DNA of 64,000 nucleotides from an archaeon GW2011_AR10 (lineage in GTDB: Archaea; Iainarchaeota; Iainarchaeia; Iainarchaeales; GW2011-AR10): positions 1,071,311 through 1,135,310 of the forward strand of contig CP010424.1 of assembly GCA_000830275.1 (NCBI GenBank), read 5' to 3'. A program made the position numbers and the translations under genes. Under the pieces are notes generated by a model. The model saw only the letters and a program-made list of their open reading frames with translations, was not told the origin of the DNA and did no database searches. Of the stretch, positions 7,822 to 17,348 are shown piece after piece. The first letter of the stretch is position 1. The number at the start of each line of letters is the position of its first letter.

Positions 7822-8364
7822 TTAAAGTTTTTTTTCAAACAACTTGCCGTATACTGGCCCTTTTGGAGTCAGCTTTGACTCCATTAAGTCAATGCTTTTG
7901 ACTTTGAATTCTTTTATGAAGCTGGCCCTGTTTAGTTCTTCCGCTAGCTCGCTTACTTGTTTTCTGCCCAGCGATTTGTTCCGTGCAAGCGTTACGTGCG
8001 AGTGAAAACTATCGTTTTTCAGTTCAAGCAGTTCATCCAATTCTCTGCTAAGCTTTTCCAGTTCACTGCTTCCTTTTCCAACTCCAACCCATAAAACCCT
8101 TCCATTGAAGTGTCCAATGCCCTTCAACTCCACTGAAAACTTTTTTTGGGTGGTTTTCAGTAGGTTTTCTTTCAATTTTTCAATTGCTTCCGGGCTAAAG
8201 TAGCCAAGAAACTTTAGTGTGATGTGAAGGTTCTCTTCTTCCACAACCTTCATTTTGTCTTTCGGCAGCTTTGAGGAAAAAATGCCGACAATTTCTTTCC
8301 TGATTTCTTGCGGAATGTTGACTGCAACAAAAACCCGTTTGTTCATGAAAGTTTTTTCCTGCAT
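7822..8364 (-). CDS. thpR: RNA 2',3'-cyclic phosphodiesterase / 2'-5' RNA ligase (LigT/ThpR, 2H family)
   Basis: Two H-x-T-x motifs (HITLKF and HVTLAR); ~180 aa. Confidence 0.8.
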   Translation of the reverse strand: MQEKTFMNKRVFVAVNIPQEIRKEIVGIFSSKLPKDKMKVVEEENLHITLKFLGYFSPEAIEKLKENLLKTTQKKFSVELKGIGHFNGRVLWVGVGKGSSELEKLSRELDELLELKNDSFHSHVTLARNKSLGRKQVSELAEELNRASFIKEFKVKSIDLMESKLTPKGPVYGKLFEKKL

Positions 8365-8930
8365 GCTTCTTCGAATTTCCCAAGAGTGCCATAATTCTTT
8401 TCAAGTTTTCTGTTGGCTTTTTCCACTACAAATTCTAAGTGGCCCCTGCTAATTAGAATCTTGTCGTCTTTCTTTACCGGCAAGGACATTCGCTGAGTTC
8501 CCACTATTTCAAGCAAAAATTTCCCTTTTTTTGCCACCATTATTCCGCCTCTCTTGATGCCGCATTTCCTCATTATTTCCAGGATTTTTTTTGCTCCCTC
8601 AATGCTTTCCGCCCCGATGTGCAGGATTAGCGGCTCTTGTTTTAGCCACAGCTCGTCCTTGGTTTTTTCCTCAAGTGCATTCCAGACTTCGTCAGCTGAA
8701 ACGGTTGAATGCCATTTCCTGTGAAATGCAGATTCCTGCTTTGATTCCTCTGCGTTAACTTTTAACAGCACGATTCTGCCGGAGCAGCTGCTTGAAGTGA
8801 AAAACTGCTTGGTTGAAGCAATGAATCGGCATAGGGAAACCAGTTGGGGGTCCATTTTTCCGTTTATGGCAGCGTCCTCAAATGTTTTTTTGTGGTGTTC
8901 TTTCACCATTTCGAACCTTTTTTCAAGCAT
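8343..8930 (-). CDS. taw3: tRNA wybutosine-synthesis methyltransferase Taw3/TYW3-like
   Basis: ~195 aa with an SSCSGRI motif recalled as typical of the TYW3 family. Assignment from memory of the family signature. Confidence 0.5.
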   Translation of the reverse strand: MLEKRFEMVKEHHKKTFEDAAINGKMDPQLVSLCRFIASTKQFFTSSSCSGRIVLLKVNAEESKQESAFHRKWHSTVSADEVWNALEEKTKDELWLKQEPLILHIGAESIEGAKKILEIMRKCGIKRGGIMVAKKGKFLLEIVGTQRMSLPVKKDDKILISRGHLEFVVEKANRKLEKNYGTLGKFEEACRKKLS

Positions 8931-9002
8931 GCGGCCAACTCATTATGTAGAACTTACTACATTAAATTTTTAATCCTCTTCCAGGGAAATATTTTAGATA
9001 TA

Positions 9003-9809
9003 ATGTTAAAAAAGCCTTTATTTTTGCTCGCGCTCTTGGTTCTTTTTCCGCTTGCTTTAGCCGATGTACTTATGATTTCGCCGTTTGAGAAAACGCTTTC
9101 GGTTGGTGATGTGGTTGAACTTGGCTCAATCGCTCCAGGCGAATCCTTTGAACTGATATTCTCTGATGAAAGCCTTTTGGGGCAGGAAATTATGTGGAGC
9201 AAGGCTTCAGTGAAGCAGTCTTCGCTTCCTGCAGCATGGGCTGCCATTGACTCGGAGGAAGGAAAGAAAAGACTTGTTGTTTTGGTTTCAGTGCCTGCAG
9301 CAGCAAAACCAAATGTTTACCAGTTTAAAGTGGCTCTATCCAACGATGACTTTCAACTCAGCGAGGAAATAACAGCCAAAATAGATGTAAAGAAGGGCCT
9401 TATCAAAGCAGTAATTGACGAGGCAGAGCTAAACCAAAGCCCGATGGTAAACGAGAAAGTTAAGTTCAACATTGTTCTAACAAACTCCTCAATTTCTGAT
9501 CACAGGGTAAAGGTCAAGTCAACACTGCCTTTCAACTGGTTCGAGGAAAAAGAATTCATTGTGCCGGCAAAGCAGGTTGTAGAACAGCAACTGTTAGTGG
9601 CCCCAAGGGTTTTCGGCAGAAAGGCATTCTCGTTTTCTGTGGTTTCAGAGCTGAATGGAGAGCACATTTCCTCTTTTGATTCAGTGCTCAGCGTAAAACC
9701 AACGCTTAAGGGAAAGTTTGCTTCTTCTATTTCCGGGTTCCCGTTCTTCACTGTAACGCTGTTGCCTTACCATTTCTTTAACGCATTGTTCTCCTTGTTT
9801 TTTGTTTGA
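9003..9809 (+). CDS. Secreted hypothetical protein (signal peptide MLKKPLFLLALLVLFPLALA)
   Basis: The track ORF begins at 8844, overlapping taw3; the internal ATG at 9003 gives a canonical signal peptide. Confidence 0.5.
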   Translation: MLKKPLFLLALLVLFPLALADVLMISPFEKTLSVGDVVELGSIAPGESFELIFSDESLLGQEIMWSKASVKQSSLPAAWAAIDSEEGKKRLVVLVSVPAAAKPNVYQFKVALSNDDFQLSEEITAKIDVKKGLIKAVIDEAELNQSPMVNEKVKFNIVLTNSSISDHRVKVKSTLPFNWFEEKEFIVPAKQVVEQQLLVAPRVFGRKAFSFSVVSELNGEHISSFDSVLSVKPTLKGKFASSISGFPFFTVTLLPYHFFNALFSLFFV

Positions 9810-9829
9810 TTCCACTTGAATGAAGTCTT

Positions 9830-11422
9830 ATGGCAAAGCAGATGCTTGCACTGAACCGGATTCTTTCGGAGGTTAGAGAGGGCAGCATTCAGTCTCAGTT
9901 CCAGCTCAACAAGGTGAAAATCCGGGCAGCCAGAAAGTTCGGGTTAAAGCAACTTCCAACAAACGCTGAAATTATTGCTGAAGCATCAGAAGAGGACAGG
10001 CGCGCCTTTCAGAGAATCCTTTCCAGAAAACCTGTTAGAAGCATTTCAGGCGTAACAGTTGTTGCAGTAATGACAAAGCCTTATGGCTGTGTTGCCAAAT
10101 GCATTTACTGCCCTTCCTCTCTTGTGCCAGGCAAAGAAACCCCTAAAAGCTACACTGGCTTTGAGCCTTCAACAAGGCGCGGCATGATGTTCAACTTCAA
10201 CCCGTACAGGATTGTCGAGAACCGGCTGAAGCAGTACAGGGAAATAAACAATTTTTCTCCAAAAATTGAGCTCATACTTCAAGGAGGAACATTCACTGCG
10301 CTGCCTTTTTCTCATCAAAAATATTTTGTAAAGCGCTGCTTTGATGCGGTCCTCGGGAAAACAACAAGCTCTTTGAGTGAAGCGAAGTCACTTGCCGAAC
10401 ACAGCCAAAACCGGGTTGTAGGGTTGACAATCGAAACAAGGCCTGACTGGTGCAAGGAAAAGGAAATAAACCGGATGCTTTCCTATGGCGTAACCAGGGT
10501 TGAGTTAGGGGTGCAAAACCCTGACAATGAAATATACAGGCGCTCAAACAGGGGCCACACAGTTGAGGATGTTGTCGAGTCAACGCAGTTGCTGAAGGAT
10601 TCCTCGCTGAAAGTATTATATCATTTAATGCCAGGCTTGCCAGGCTCAACACCTGAAGCTGATTTGAGAAACTTTAGGAAAGTTTTTTCAGAGCAGGAAT
10701 TCTTGCCTGACATGGTAAAAATTTATCCCTGCCTTGTAATTGATGGCACACCACTTCACAGGTTATGGGAAAAAGGCTTGTTCGAACCGCTTTCAACAGA
10801 GAAAGCAGCAAAGCTTGTTGCAAGGCTTAAAGAGTTTATTCCAAGGTACGTAAGGGTTATGAGAATACAGCGCGACATTCCAAGTAATCTGGTTGCAGGC
10901 GGGGTAAAGAAAACAAATTTGCGGCAGCTAGTGGAAAAAGAGCTTGAAGCCAAAGGAATAAAGTGCAATTGCATTCGCTGCAGGGAAATCGGTTTCAAAA
11001 ACCTAAAGCATAGTGAGGTTGAAGGCCTTGCACCTGAGCTTTTAAGGGAAGACTACAATGCGAGCAAAGGCTCGGAAGTGTTCCTTTCATTTGAAGACAA
11101 GAAAAGCAATGCGTTGTTTGGATTCTGCAGGTTAAGAATTCCGTTCAAGCCGTTCAGAAAAGAAATCACTCCAAAAACCGCCCTCCTAAGGGAGCTGCAC
11201 GTTTACTCCAAGGCACTGGAACTTTCCTTAAAGCCTTCAAATGGAGAGTTCCAGCACAGGGGCTTTGGCCAAAAGCTTGTGTTGGAAGCTGAGAGAATTG
11301 CAAGGGAAGAGTTTGATTGCAACAAGATAGTGGTTATTGCGGGCATCGGCGTGAAGCAATACTACCGCGAAAAAATCGGTTATGCCAATGAAGGCGTTTA
11401 TGTTTCGAAATCCCTGCAATAA
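9830..11422 (+). CDS. elp3: Elongator complex protein 3 homolog (radical SAM + GNAT tRNA-modification enzyme)
   Basis: CVAKCIYCP (CxxxCxxC radical SAM cluster), a C-terminal QHRGFGQKLVLEAE acetyltransferase motif, 530 aa. Confidence 0.85.
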   Translation: MAKQMLALNRILSEVREGSIQSQFQLNKVKIRAARKFGLKQLPTNAEIIAEASEEDRRAFQRILSRKPVRSISGVTVVAVMTKPYGCVAKCIYCPSSLVPGKETPKSYTGFEPSTRRGMMFNFNPYRIVENRLKQYREINNFSPKIELILQGGTFTALPFSHQKYFVKRCFDAVLGKTTSSLSEAKSLAEHSQNRVVGLTIETRPDWCKEKEINRMLSYGVTRVELGVQNPDNEIYRRSNRGHTVEDVVESTQLLKDSSLKVLYHLMPGLPGSTPEADLRNFRKVFSEQEFLPDMVKIYPCLVIDGTPLHRLWEKGLFEPLSTEKAAKLVARLKEFIPRYVRVMRIQRDIPSNLVAGGVKKTNLRQLVEKELEAKGIKCNCIRCREIGFKNLKHSEVEGLAPELLREDYNASKGSEVFLSFEDKKSNALFGFCRLRIPFKPFRKEITPKTALLRELHVYSKALELSLKPSNGEFQHRGFGQKLVLEAERIAREEFDCNKIVVIAGIGVKQYYREKIGYANEGVYVSKSLQ

Positions 11423-11462
11423 GAAAAGCATTTATTTAAGTTTGGTAATCTCTTCTTAGGCC

Positions 11463-11765
11463 ATGAACCCAAAAGAAGAATTTATACGGTTTGTTCAGGA
11501 TAACCCCTCTTACTACTATATTGTGCAGTCAGGGCTTTTTCTGGAGCTCTTAAACTTCATTTGCTCTGCCGCAAAAAACACTACTGACATTTACTCGCAT
11601 TTTGCCGGCATTGAAAACTCTGACGTTGAAGAAATGCTGCAGGTGTTGCTGGCAGCCAAGCTTATTTCTAGGGCCAGGGGTTCAGACAGGGAAATATATT
11701 ACTGTACGGATGCAGCCAGAACCCTCATAGAAAAATACAATGCAGCCAAAAAGTTTATGGGTTGA
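11463..11765 (+). CDS. Hypothetical protein
   Basis: 100-aa ORF, no recognisable motif. Confidence 0.35.
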   Translation: MNPKEEFIRFVQDNPSYYYIVQSGLFLELLNFICSAAKNTTDIYSHFAGIENSDVEEMLQVLLAAKLISRARGSDREIYYCTDAARTLIEKYNAAKKFMG

Positions 11766-11874
11766 TAGGCTAATTTCAATCAGGTAATTCCACTGTTTTC
11801 AAACAGTGGTTAGGTAAAATTGCCCAATATATACTATATACTTTATAATGATATAAGGTGTAGAAGAGAATCTT

Positions 11875-12222
11875 ATGGCTAAATCGTTTATGGCTACCCT
11901 GGGGGTTGGAAAAGGGACCTGGGGCCACGTCGCAAGGCTTATTACTGAAGAGCAATTCAAAAAGATTGTCCTAATTTCAACAGAGTGGGGTAAAGAGAAT
12001 TTCGCCCCCCAAAAGGAATGCGACTGGGTTATTGTAAACAATAGGGCTGGATTTGAGGTAATAAAAGATGAAATCAAGGGAAAGCTGCCTGACGGGGAAA
12101 TATGCGTTTCACTAGTCAGCGGTTCAGGCAAAGAGCATATGGCACTGTTGGCAGCCTTAAAGGAATCAAACAAACCATTTCAAGTGGTAACTTTAACCGG
12201 TAACGGAGTAAAGTACTACTGA
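11875..12222 (+). CDS. Hypothetical protein
   Basis: 115-aa ORF, 2 bp upstream of the next gene (probable operon). Confidence 0.4.
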   Translation: MAKSFMATLGVGKGTWGHVARLITEEQFKKIVLISTEWGKENFAPQKECDWVIVNNRAGFEVIKDEIKGKLPDGEICVSLVSGSGKEHMALLAALKESNKPFQVVTLTGNGVKYY

Positions 12223-12223
12223 A

Positions 12224-12601
12224 GTGAGCCTGATGGCAGACATTTTTCTTCCCTTAGCAGTTTTGGTAATTCTAATCCTGGCAGTGCTTGTTTTAGTGCT
12301 TTTCAGGCAGAACCATTTTCTCCGCCAGCAAATTGAGGGACTGGTTTTTCAGAAAACGAGCCAGTCAGTAAAGTACGGGAAGCTCACAGAGCAGTTCATT
12401 CCCTTCACGCAGGATTTTCCTTTTGACGTGCAGCAGTTCCGCTTTATTGGAAACCCGATTGATGGAATAGTGTTTGACGAGGACAGCATATATTTTTGTG
12501 AATTCAAGACCGCGTCCTCACAGCTTAATGCAAGGCAGAAGAAAGTAAAAGAGCTTGTTGAAGAAAAGAAGGTTAAGTGGTTCGAGTTCAGGCTCCGTTA
12601 A
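12224..12601 (+). CDS. Membrane-anchored PD-(D/E)xK nuclease-like protein
   Basis: N-terminal TM helix, then PIDGIVFDEDSIYFCEFK (PD...D/E-x-K restriction-endonuclease-like core). Confidence 0.4.
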   Translation: MSLMADIFLPLAVLVILILAVLVLVLFRQNHFLRQQIEGLVFQKTSQSVKYGKLTEQFIPFTQDFPFDVQQFRFIGNPIDGIVFDEDSIYFCEFKTASSQLNARQKKVKELVEEKKVKWFEFRLR

Positions 12602-12609
12602 GGCTGCTG

Positions 12610-13653
12610 CTACCATCTCACTGCGTATCGTAGCAGTGCAGCAACCCCGCCTATGCCCTTAAGCTTTCTGCCGGCATCGTTTTTTACTGAAACAATATGG
12701 ATTTCTCCGTTGAGCTTTTCAGCCCTTTCAAGAAGCTCCTCTGCTTTTTTCCTGTTGGAGAGCAGAAACTCGTCGCTTACAAGCAAAGCCGAAATTGCCC
12801 CTGAATCAATTGCGTTCTCCGTTTCTTTCAGGCTTGCTGCTGCAAGGCCTTTTCCTTTTCCAAGCTCCTCGAAAACCCTTTCCACTAGTTTGGTTTCTTT
12901 TGCAAGCTGTGTTTCCTCCACAATTCTCTCCAAAATGCCTGACTTCAGCAGCTCGTTCAAACCACTTATTCCCACTGAATTGATTTGCTCAAAGAAAGCA
13001 TTAAGCTTAATTCCTTTTTCTTCCAAGTATTTTTCCAGATTGTTTTTTGTGAAGCCCGGCCCAGCAAAAACAATTTTTTCAGGCTTGATTTCTTCAATCT
13101 TGCTTATAATTTTCTCAAAGTAGTGGTTTTCTTTTTCCTCGTCCTTAAACCGTTTTCCATGCTTTCCTGCGATCAGCCTTCCTCTAGGCTCAAAATCAAA
13201 CTCTTTCAGCAAAGCGAATTCTGCTTCTTCGTCATCCAACACTACTAGAAGCGTTTTAACTCTTCCTGCAGCGCGCTTTGCTTTATGGAGTCTTTCAATC
13301 TGGTAGTTCTTCAACGCTTTTTTTTTCACTGTTATTTCCTTTCCCGGCACAACTTCTAGTGCGTGATGTGATTTAAGCTCCACATACTCTTCCGGTTTTC
13401 CTGTCATAACCACTCCAAGCACTCTGAGGTTTCCAGAGCTTTCATGGAATTCAATCCTTTCAGCGTCCAATTCCACAAAAATGTTTTCCTTTGAGGCCTT
13501 CAAGCCTTCTTCCTTTGGCTTTACTTTTCTTTCAGCCTTGCCGCTGACCACATCATGTTCTTCAATTAACCTTTCAAGGTGCCACAAATCATCCAGGTTG
13601 TCTGGCACAACTTTGAAGGAATTATTCTTTTGGTCAATTTTAAGGATTCGCAT
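12610..13653 (-). CDS. pelA: Pelota/Dom34 ribosome-rescue factor
   Basis: MRILKIDQKNNSFKVVPDNLDDLWHL N-terminus; eRF1-like domain architecture; 347 aa. Confidence 0.8.
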   Translation of the reverse strand: MRILKIDQKNNSFKVVPDNLDDLWHLERLIEEHDVVSGKAERKVKPKEEGLKASKENIFVELDAERIEFHESSGNLRVLGVVMTGKPEEYVELKSHHALEVVPGKEITVKKKALKNYQIERLHKAKRAAGRVKTLLVVLDDEEAEFALLKEFDFEPRGRLIAGKHGKRFKDEEKENHYFEKIISKIEEIKPEKIVFAGPGFTKNNLEKYLEEKGIKLNAFFEQINSVGISGLNELLKSGILERIVEETQLAKETKLVERVFEELGKGKGLAAASLKETENAIDSGAISALLVSDEFLLSNRKKAEELLERAEKLNGEIHIVSVKNDAGRKLKGIGGVAALLRYAVRW

Positions 13654-13710
13654 GAATTAATAATAGAGAAGCAGGGGTTTAAATTAGGTAATTCCTCTGT
13701 TGTTTTCCCA

Positions 13711-15228
13711 TTAAAAGAAATAGCGGGTTTCAACAGTGTAGGAAACTGTTTTTTCGCCTTTTGCCGGAACCTTGACCGTGAACTCAATTTCTGTTGCGCT
13801 TTTTTTCTCAAAGGCATCAGAGTTGCTTGTAACGGTTGCATAGGGGCCGATTCTCTCTACCACAACAACCTCTATTTCAGTGTCCTTCTGGTTTTCAAGG
13901 GTTATCTCGTAGCTGTCAAGGTAAACTCCTTTCCTTACATTAACTGATTCTGTCTGTATTCTTTCACCGCTCACATCAAAAGCGTTCCCGACAAACAGCC
14001 TTACCTCGTCCTCTGTTTTAGTATGGTCGATGCTGTCTTCCCCCAAAAACTGGAGCTGGCCGGAACTGTCTTCCTTGTAAACTCTTACAATTCCTTTAGG
14101 CAAAGGCACGCCAAGCGCTTGTTCCTCAGAATTCTTGAACTTAAGTTTAACTTGCACTTTGTTTCCCTGCGCTGCACCGTCAAACACAAACTCTTTCTGC
14201 ACAGGAACATTTTCTGAGGCAAGCAGTGAAATCTGCTTTGTCTCGTTGTCCTTTATATCGGTTGTTCTATCCAAAGTGTAAAGATGGTACTCAAAAAGCG
14301 CTTCCTCAGTGAAAGCCTTTGGCACTGCACCTCCAAGTGCTTCAGCATAATCGTAATACCTGTCAGGGTATGGCTGCACTGGACTAACCAAGTGAATGTC
14401 TCCTGCAACAAGCTTCAGTTTAGTGTTAGGGTATGAAGTGCCGGAGCTATTGGTTATTGTTGTCCAGCCAGAAAAATCCATTGCTGTTTCCTCTTCATTT
14501 ACCTTTGCAACATAGTCTGCTCTCCAGTTCATTCCAGAGGTTAAATAAACAGTCTGAGTGTTCCTTTTGCCAGTGCTTTCAGTCCATATTTTCCACACAA
14601 GTGTGGGCTTTGTTATCAAGCCTTCAGGCAACTCTGGAAAAGAAATCCTTGAAATGTTTGAAAGAGCCACAATTCCTTCCCCTGTTTCCAAGAGCAGGCC
14701 ATCGCTTGCATTCAGCAGCTTTCCGGTGAAAGTGGCTGTTGAATCGCCTTCAATCACTTCAACAGTTATTTCCTTGTCAATGTACTTTTCAAGCATTTTG
14801 GCCTCGCTCACTATGTCAAACTCGTAGTTTTGCTCCAGCACAATCGTGTCCTCAAAGCTTAGGTCCCGGAACAAAACAGATGTTGCGTCAATCTGCGAGG
14901 CAATGTCCTTGTACTCCACAAGATTCACTCCTGACTCCAAAAACATTTCCCTAACTTCTTTCACCAGCGCCAGGTTCTGGTTGTAAACAGTTAGTTCGGT
15001 GCTGGTCTTTTCGCCTGCTTTCTTTGCATCCCCCAGCTCTTGAAAGAACAGCTCTGGCTTTTCAACAGAAACCTTGTAAGAGTAATCGCTCACATTAACC
15101 AGTGGAGCGCTTTTCCTAACAGGCTTTAATTCCTCTATCTTGGGCAGCATTACCAGTACGCCGATAACCAGAATGGCAGCAACAGCCACAAGTGCAAATG
15201 CAATTACTTTCTTGTCCACAAAAACCAC
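13711..15228 (-). CDS. Membrane-anchored extracellular protein (DUF4139-like)
   Basis: N-terminal TM anchor and a large hydrophilic ectodomain; family recalled from motifs, unverified. Confidence 0.4.
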   Translation of the reverse strand: MVFVDKKVIAFALVAVAAILVIGVLVMLPKIEELKPVRKSAPLVNVSDYSYKVSVEKPELFFQELGDAKKAGEKTSTELTVYNQNLALVKEVREMFLESGVNLVEYKDIASQIDATSVLFRDLSFEDTIVLEQNYEFDIVSEAKMLEKYIDKEITVEVIEGDSTATFTGKLLNASDGLLLETGEGIVALSNISRISFPELPEGLITKPTLVWKIWTESTGKRNTQTVYLTSGMNWRADYVAKVNEEETAMDFSGWTTITNSSGTSYPNTKLKLVAGDIHLVSPVQPYPDRYYDYAEALGGAVPKAFTEEALFEYHLYTLDRTTDIKDNETKQISLLASENVPVQKEFVFDGAAQGNKVQVKLKFKNSEEQALGVPLPKGIVRVYKEDSSGQLQFLGEDSIDHTKTEDEVRLFVGNAFDVSGERIQTESVNVRKGVYLDSYEITLENQKDTEIEVVVVERIGPYATVTSNSDAFEKKSATEIEFTVKVPAKGEKTVSYTVETRYFF

Positions 15229-15335
15229 AAATAACTTGCATCCTCAAGTTTATAAATAATTCTCCTTTTTGTTAGGTTTTCCCCTAACAAACCAAATAAA
15301 TTTCCCTTTTAAACCTTTCAAAGCGCAGAATAGCT

Positions 15336-16166
15336 ATGCCTGACTTCATTAAGGTGCTGCAAGACATGGAAGCGTTGAACCGCTTTAAAGCCGCAATTTC
15401 AAGGCAGCACTCTCATGGAAAATTAAAGGCCGCATTCATTTCCTCGGTAAAAGAAAACACGTCCGGCCTAAAAAAAGTGGCAGTGCTTTTTTCTGGCGGA
15501 GTTGACTCCGCCTTGGTTGCAAAAGCAGTCAGCGAAGAAGTTAAAGAAACAGTTCTTTTTTGCTCTGGAACAAGTACGGCACCAGATTTAAACGATGCAG
15601 AAAAAGCGGCAAAGCAGCTTAACCTGCCTTTAGTGAAAATAATTGTTAAAGAAAAAGAATTGCCTTCTCTCATCAATGAGTCAAAAAAAATCATTAATTC
15701 CAATGCTGTTCTCCAGCTTCAGATTGCCGTGCCGGAACTGGCTTCAATGCAGGAAGCGAAAAGGCAGGGCTTTGAGTTTGTTTTCTGCGGTCAAGGGAGT
15801 GATGAGTTGTTCTGCGGCTACAATTCTTTCAGGAAAGTGCTGGCCGAAAAAGGGTTTGACGGAGTTCAAGAGGAAATCTGGAACAAGCTCGAGAATTTGT
15901 GGGAGCACGACCTGAAAAGGGATTTGTCAATAGCAGAGCACTTTAAACTGAAGTTAAAGGCACCGTTCTTATACTATGATTTCGCTTTGCAGGCAATGGC
16001 TTTTCCCTCTGAAACAAAAATTTTTTCACCAGAAGACGAGCTGCGAAAGCACCCAATAAGGCAGCTAGCCAAAGAGCTGGGCCTGCCTGCATCAATTTAC
16101 GCTAAAAGAAAAAAAGCAATACAGTATGGCTCTGGCATTGCAAGTAAAGTTAGTGGGCTGATTTAA
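15336..16166 (+). CDS. PP-loop ATP pyrophosphatase (asparagine synthetase-like C-terminal domain family)
   Basis: VLFSGGVDSALVA PP-loop (SGGxDS). No C-terminal Cys cluster, so not QueC. Confidence 0.5.
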   Translation: MPDFIKVLQDMEALNRFKAAISRQHSHGKLKAAFISSVKENTSGLKKVAVLFSGGVDSALVAKAVSEEVKETVLFCSGTSTAPDLNDAEKAAKQLNLPLVKIIVKEKELPSLINESKKIINSNAVLQLQIAVPELASMQEAKRQGFEFVFCGQGSDELFCGYNSFRKVLAEKGFDGVQEEIWNKLENLWEHDLKRDLSIAEHFKLKLKAPFLYYDFALQAMAFPSETKIFSPEDELRKHPIRQLAKELGLPASIYAKRKKAIQYGSGIASKVSGLI

Positions 16167-16443
16167 TTCAACTCAAAAGATACCTCGGCTTTTAAGCCGC
16201 GGTCATTGGTCTCGGTATCTTTTCAACACTTTGTCAAGTGAAATAAAAACACCTGTTTTCTTTTTGACAAAGTGTTGCGTTGACGGGTTCATGACGTCCA
16301 TTAAATGTTTGGATATCCCTGCCTTAAGCCTTTTAGAAAACCCAAGCAAAATCAGGGATTTTGCGGGCCTCGCAAAACCAAAGGTTTTACGAGGAGGCTT
16401 GCGAAAAAGAGGCTGCGCCTTTAGGCAGGGGAGGGCGTCATTT

Positions 16444-16980
16444 TTATGCCGGCGTGTTTTGAGTCCAGCGTATGCCGCTTGCTTCATCCGTAACAGTTAT
16501 CTCGCATGCTGGGCCTGAAATTTCAGTTGCAGAATAATTTTTCCTGTAATTAAATACATTGTAAATGTTGACATTTCCGGTTTGGCATGTGATTATTGTT
16601 GCGGCTTCCACTTTGCCTGCCTGAAAATTAATGATTTCCACTTCAATTGAGCAAGGCTTGATTTTTTCACTTGCCTTGGAAAAATAAAGGTCTGCCTTTT
16701 CCTGCAGTGTGTTTTGGAAATCTGCACTATTAATCTGGCATGGCGCGCCAGGATTTATGGGGTAAACCTCATCATACACTGAATCAGCTACTGCTTCGGT
16801 GAAGCTTTGCTCCGCAACAAAATATGAATTTTGCAGCCGGAATGAATTCGTTGTAATTGCTTGCTGTATAATATCTGATTTCATGTCTGCTGCAGGTATC
16901 CTCGCCAAATTAATTGCAAAAACAATAGCAACAATTGCCATTGCGCCAATAACCAGAGAATAGCTTCCTTTTCGCTTCAT
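16444..16980 (-). CDS. Pilin-like protein (class III signal peptide)
   Basis: N-terminus MKRKGSYSLVIGAMAIVAIVFA: basic residues, Gly, then a hydrophobic helix (PibD-type cleavage site). Confidence 0.45.
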   Translation of the reverse strand: MKRKGSYSLVIGAMAIVAIVFAINLARIPAADMKSDIIQQAITTNSFRLQNSYFVAEQSFTEAVADSVYDEVYPINPGAPCQINSADFQNTLQEKADLYFSKASEKIKPCSIEVEIINFQAGKVEAATIITCQTGNVNIYNVFNYRKNYSATEISGPACEITVTDEASGIRWTQNTPA

Positions 16981-17348
16981 CCGAATTCACCACAAAATCT
17001 TTTTTCATTTATCGGAGCAGCTCCTGCTCCTGTTCCAAGCCTTGAATTGTCGCTGCGTTCAAGGGTGTCCTCTCTTATGAACAAGTAATCGTATATTATA
17101 TTGCATTTGGATTGCTTTGCAGCTATGCTGAATGTTTCGCTCAAGCCGAAATCTGATGCTTCTCTGTTGAGGTAAAATCCAACGAGTGCTGCATCCGCGG
17201 TTTCCCTGTCAACAGAATAAATTGCTTTTTCCTCGCTTTGTTCAATCAAAAAATACGTTGTAAGCGTGGAAAAAACCACTATCACTATTAGAACAGCGAA
17301 CAATGCGTCAGAACTGAAAATAAAACCTTTTTCCTTCATGCTCTCCAC
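16977..17348 (-). CDS. Pilin-like protein (class III signal peptide)
   Basis: MESMKEKGFIFSSDALFAVLIVIVVF. Confidence 0.45.
   Translation of the reverse strand: MESMKEKGFIFSSDALFAVLIVIVVFSTLTTYFLIEQSEEKAIYSVDRETADAALVGFYLNREASDFGLSETFSIAAKQSKCNIIYDYLFIREDTLERSDNSRLGTGAGAAPINEKRFCGEFG

Noticed and set aside
16203-16518. Two overlapping ~95-aa ORFs on opposite strands
   Set aside because: They lie in the hairpin-rich convergent intergenic region (family-3 element); Arg/Lys-rich translations of structured DNA.
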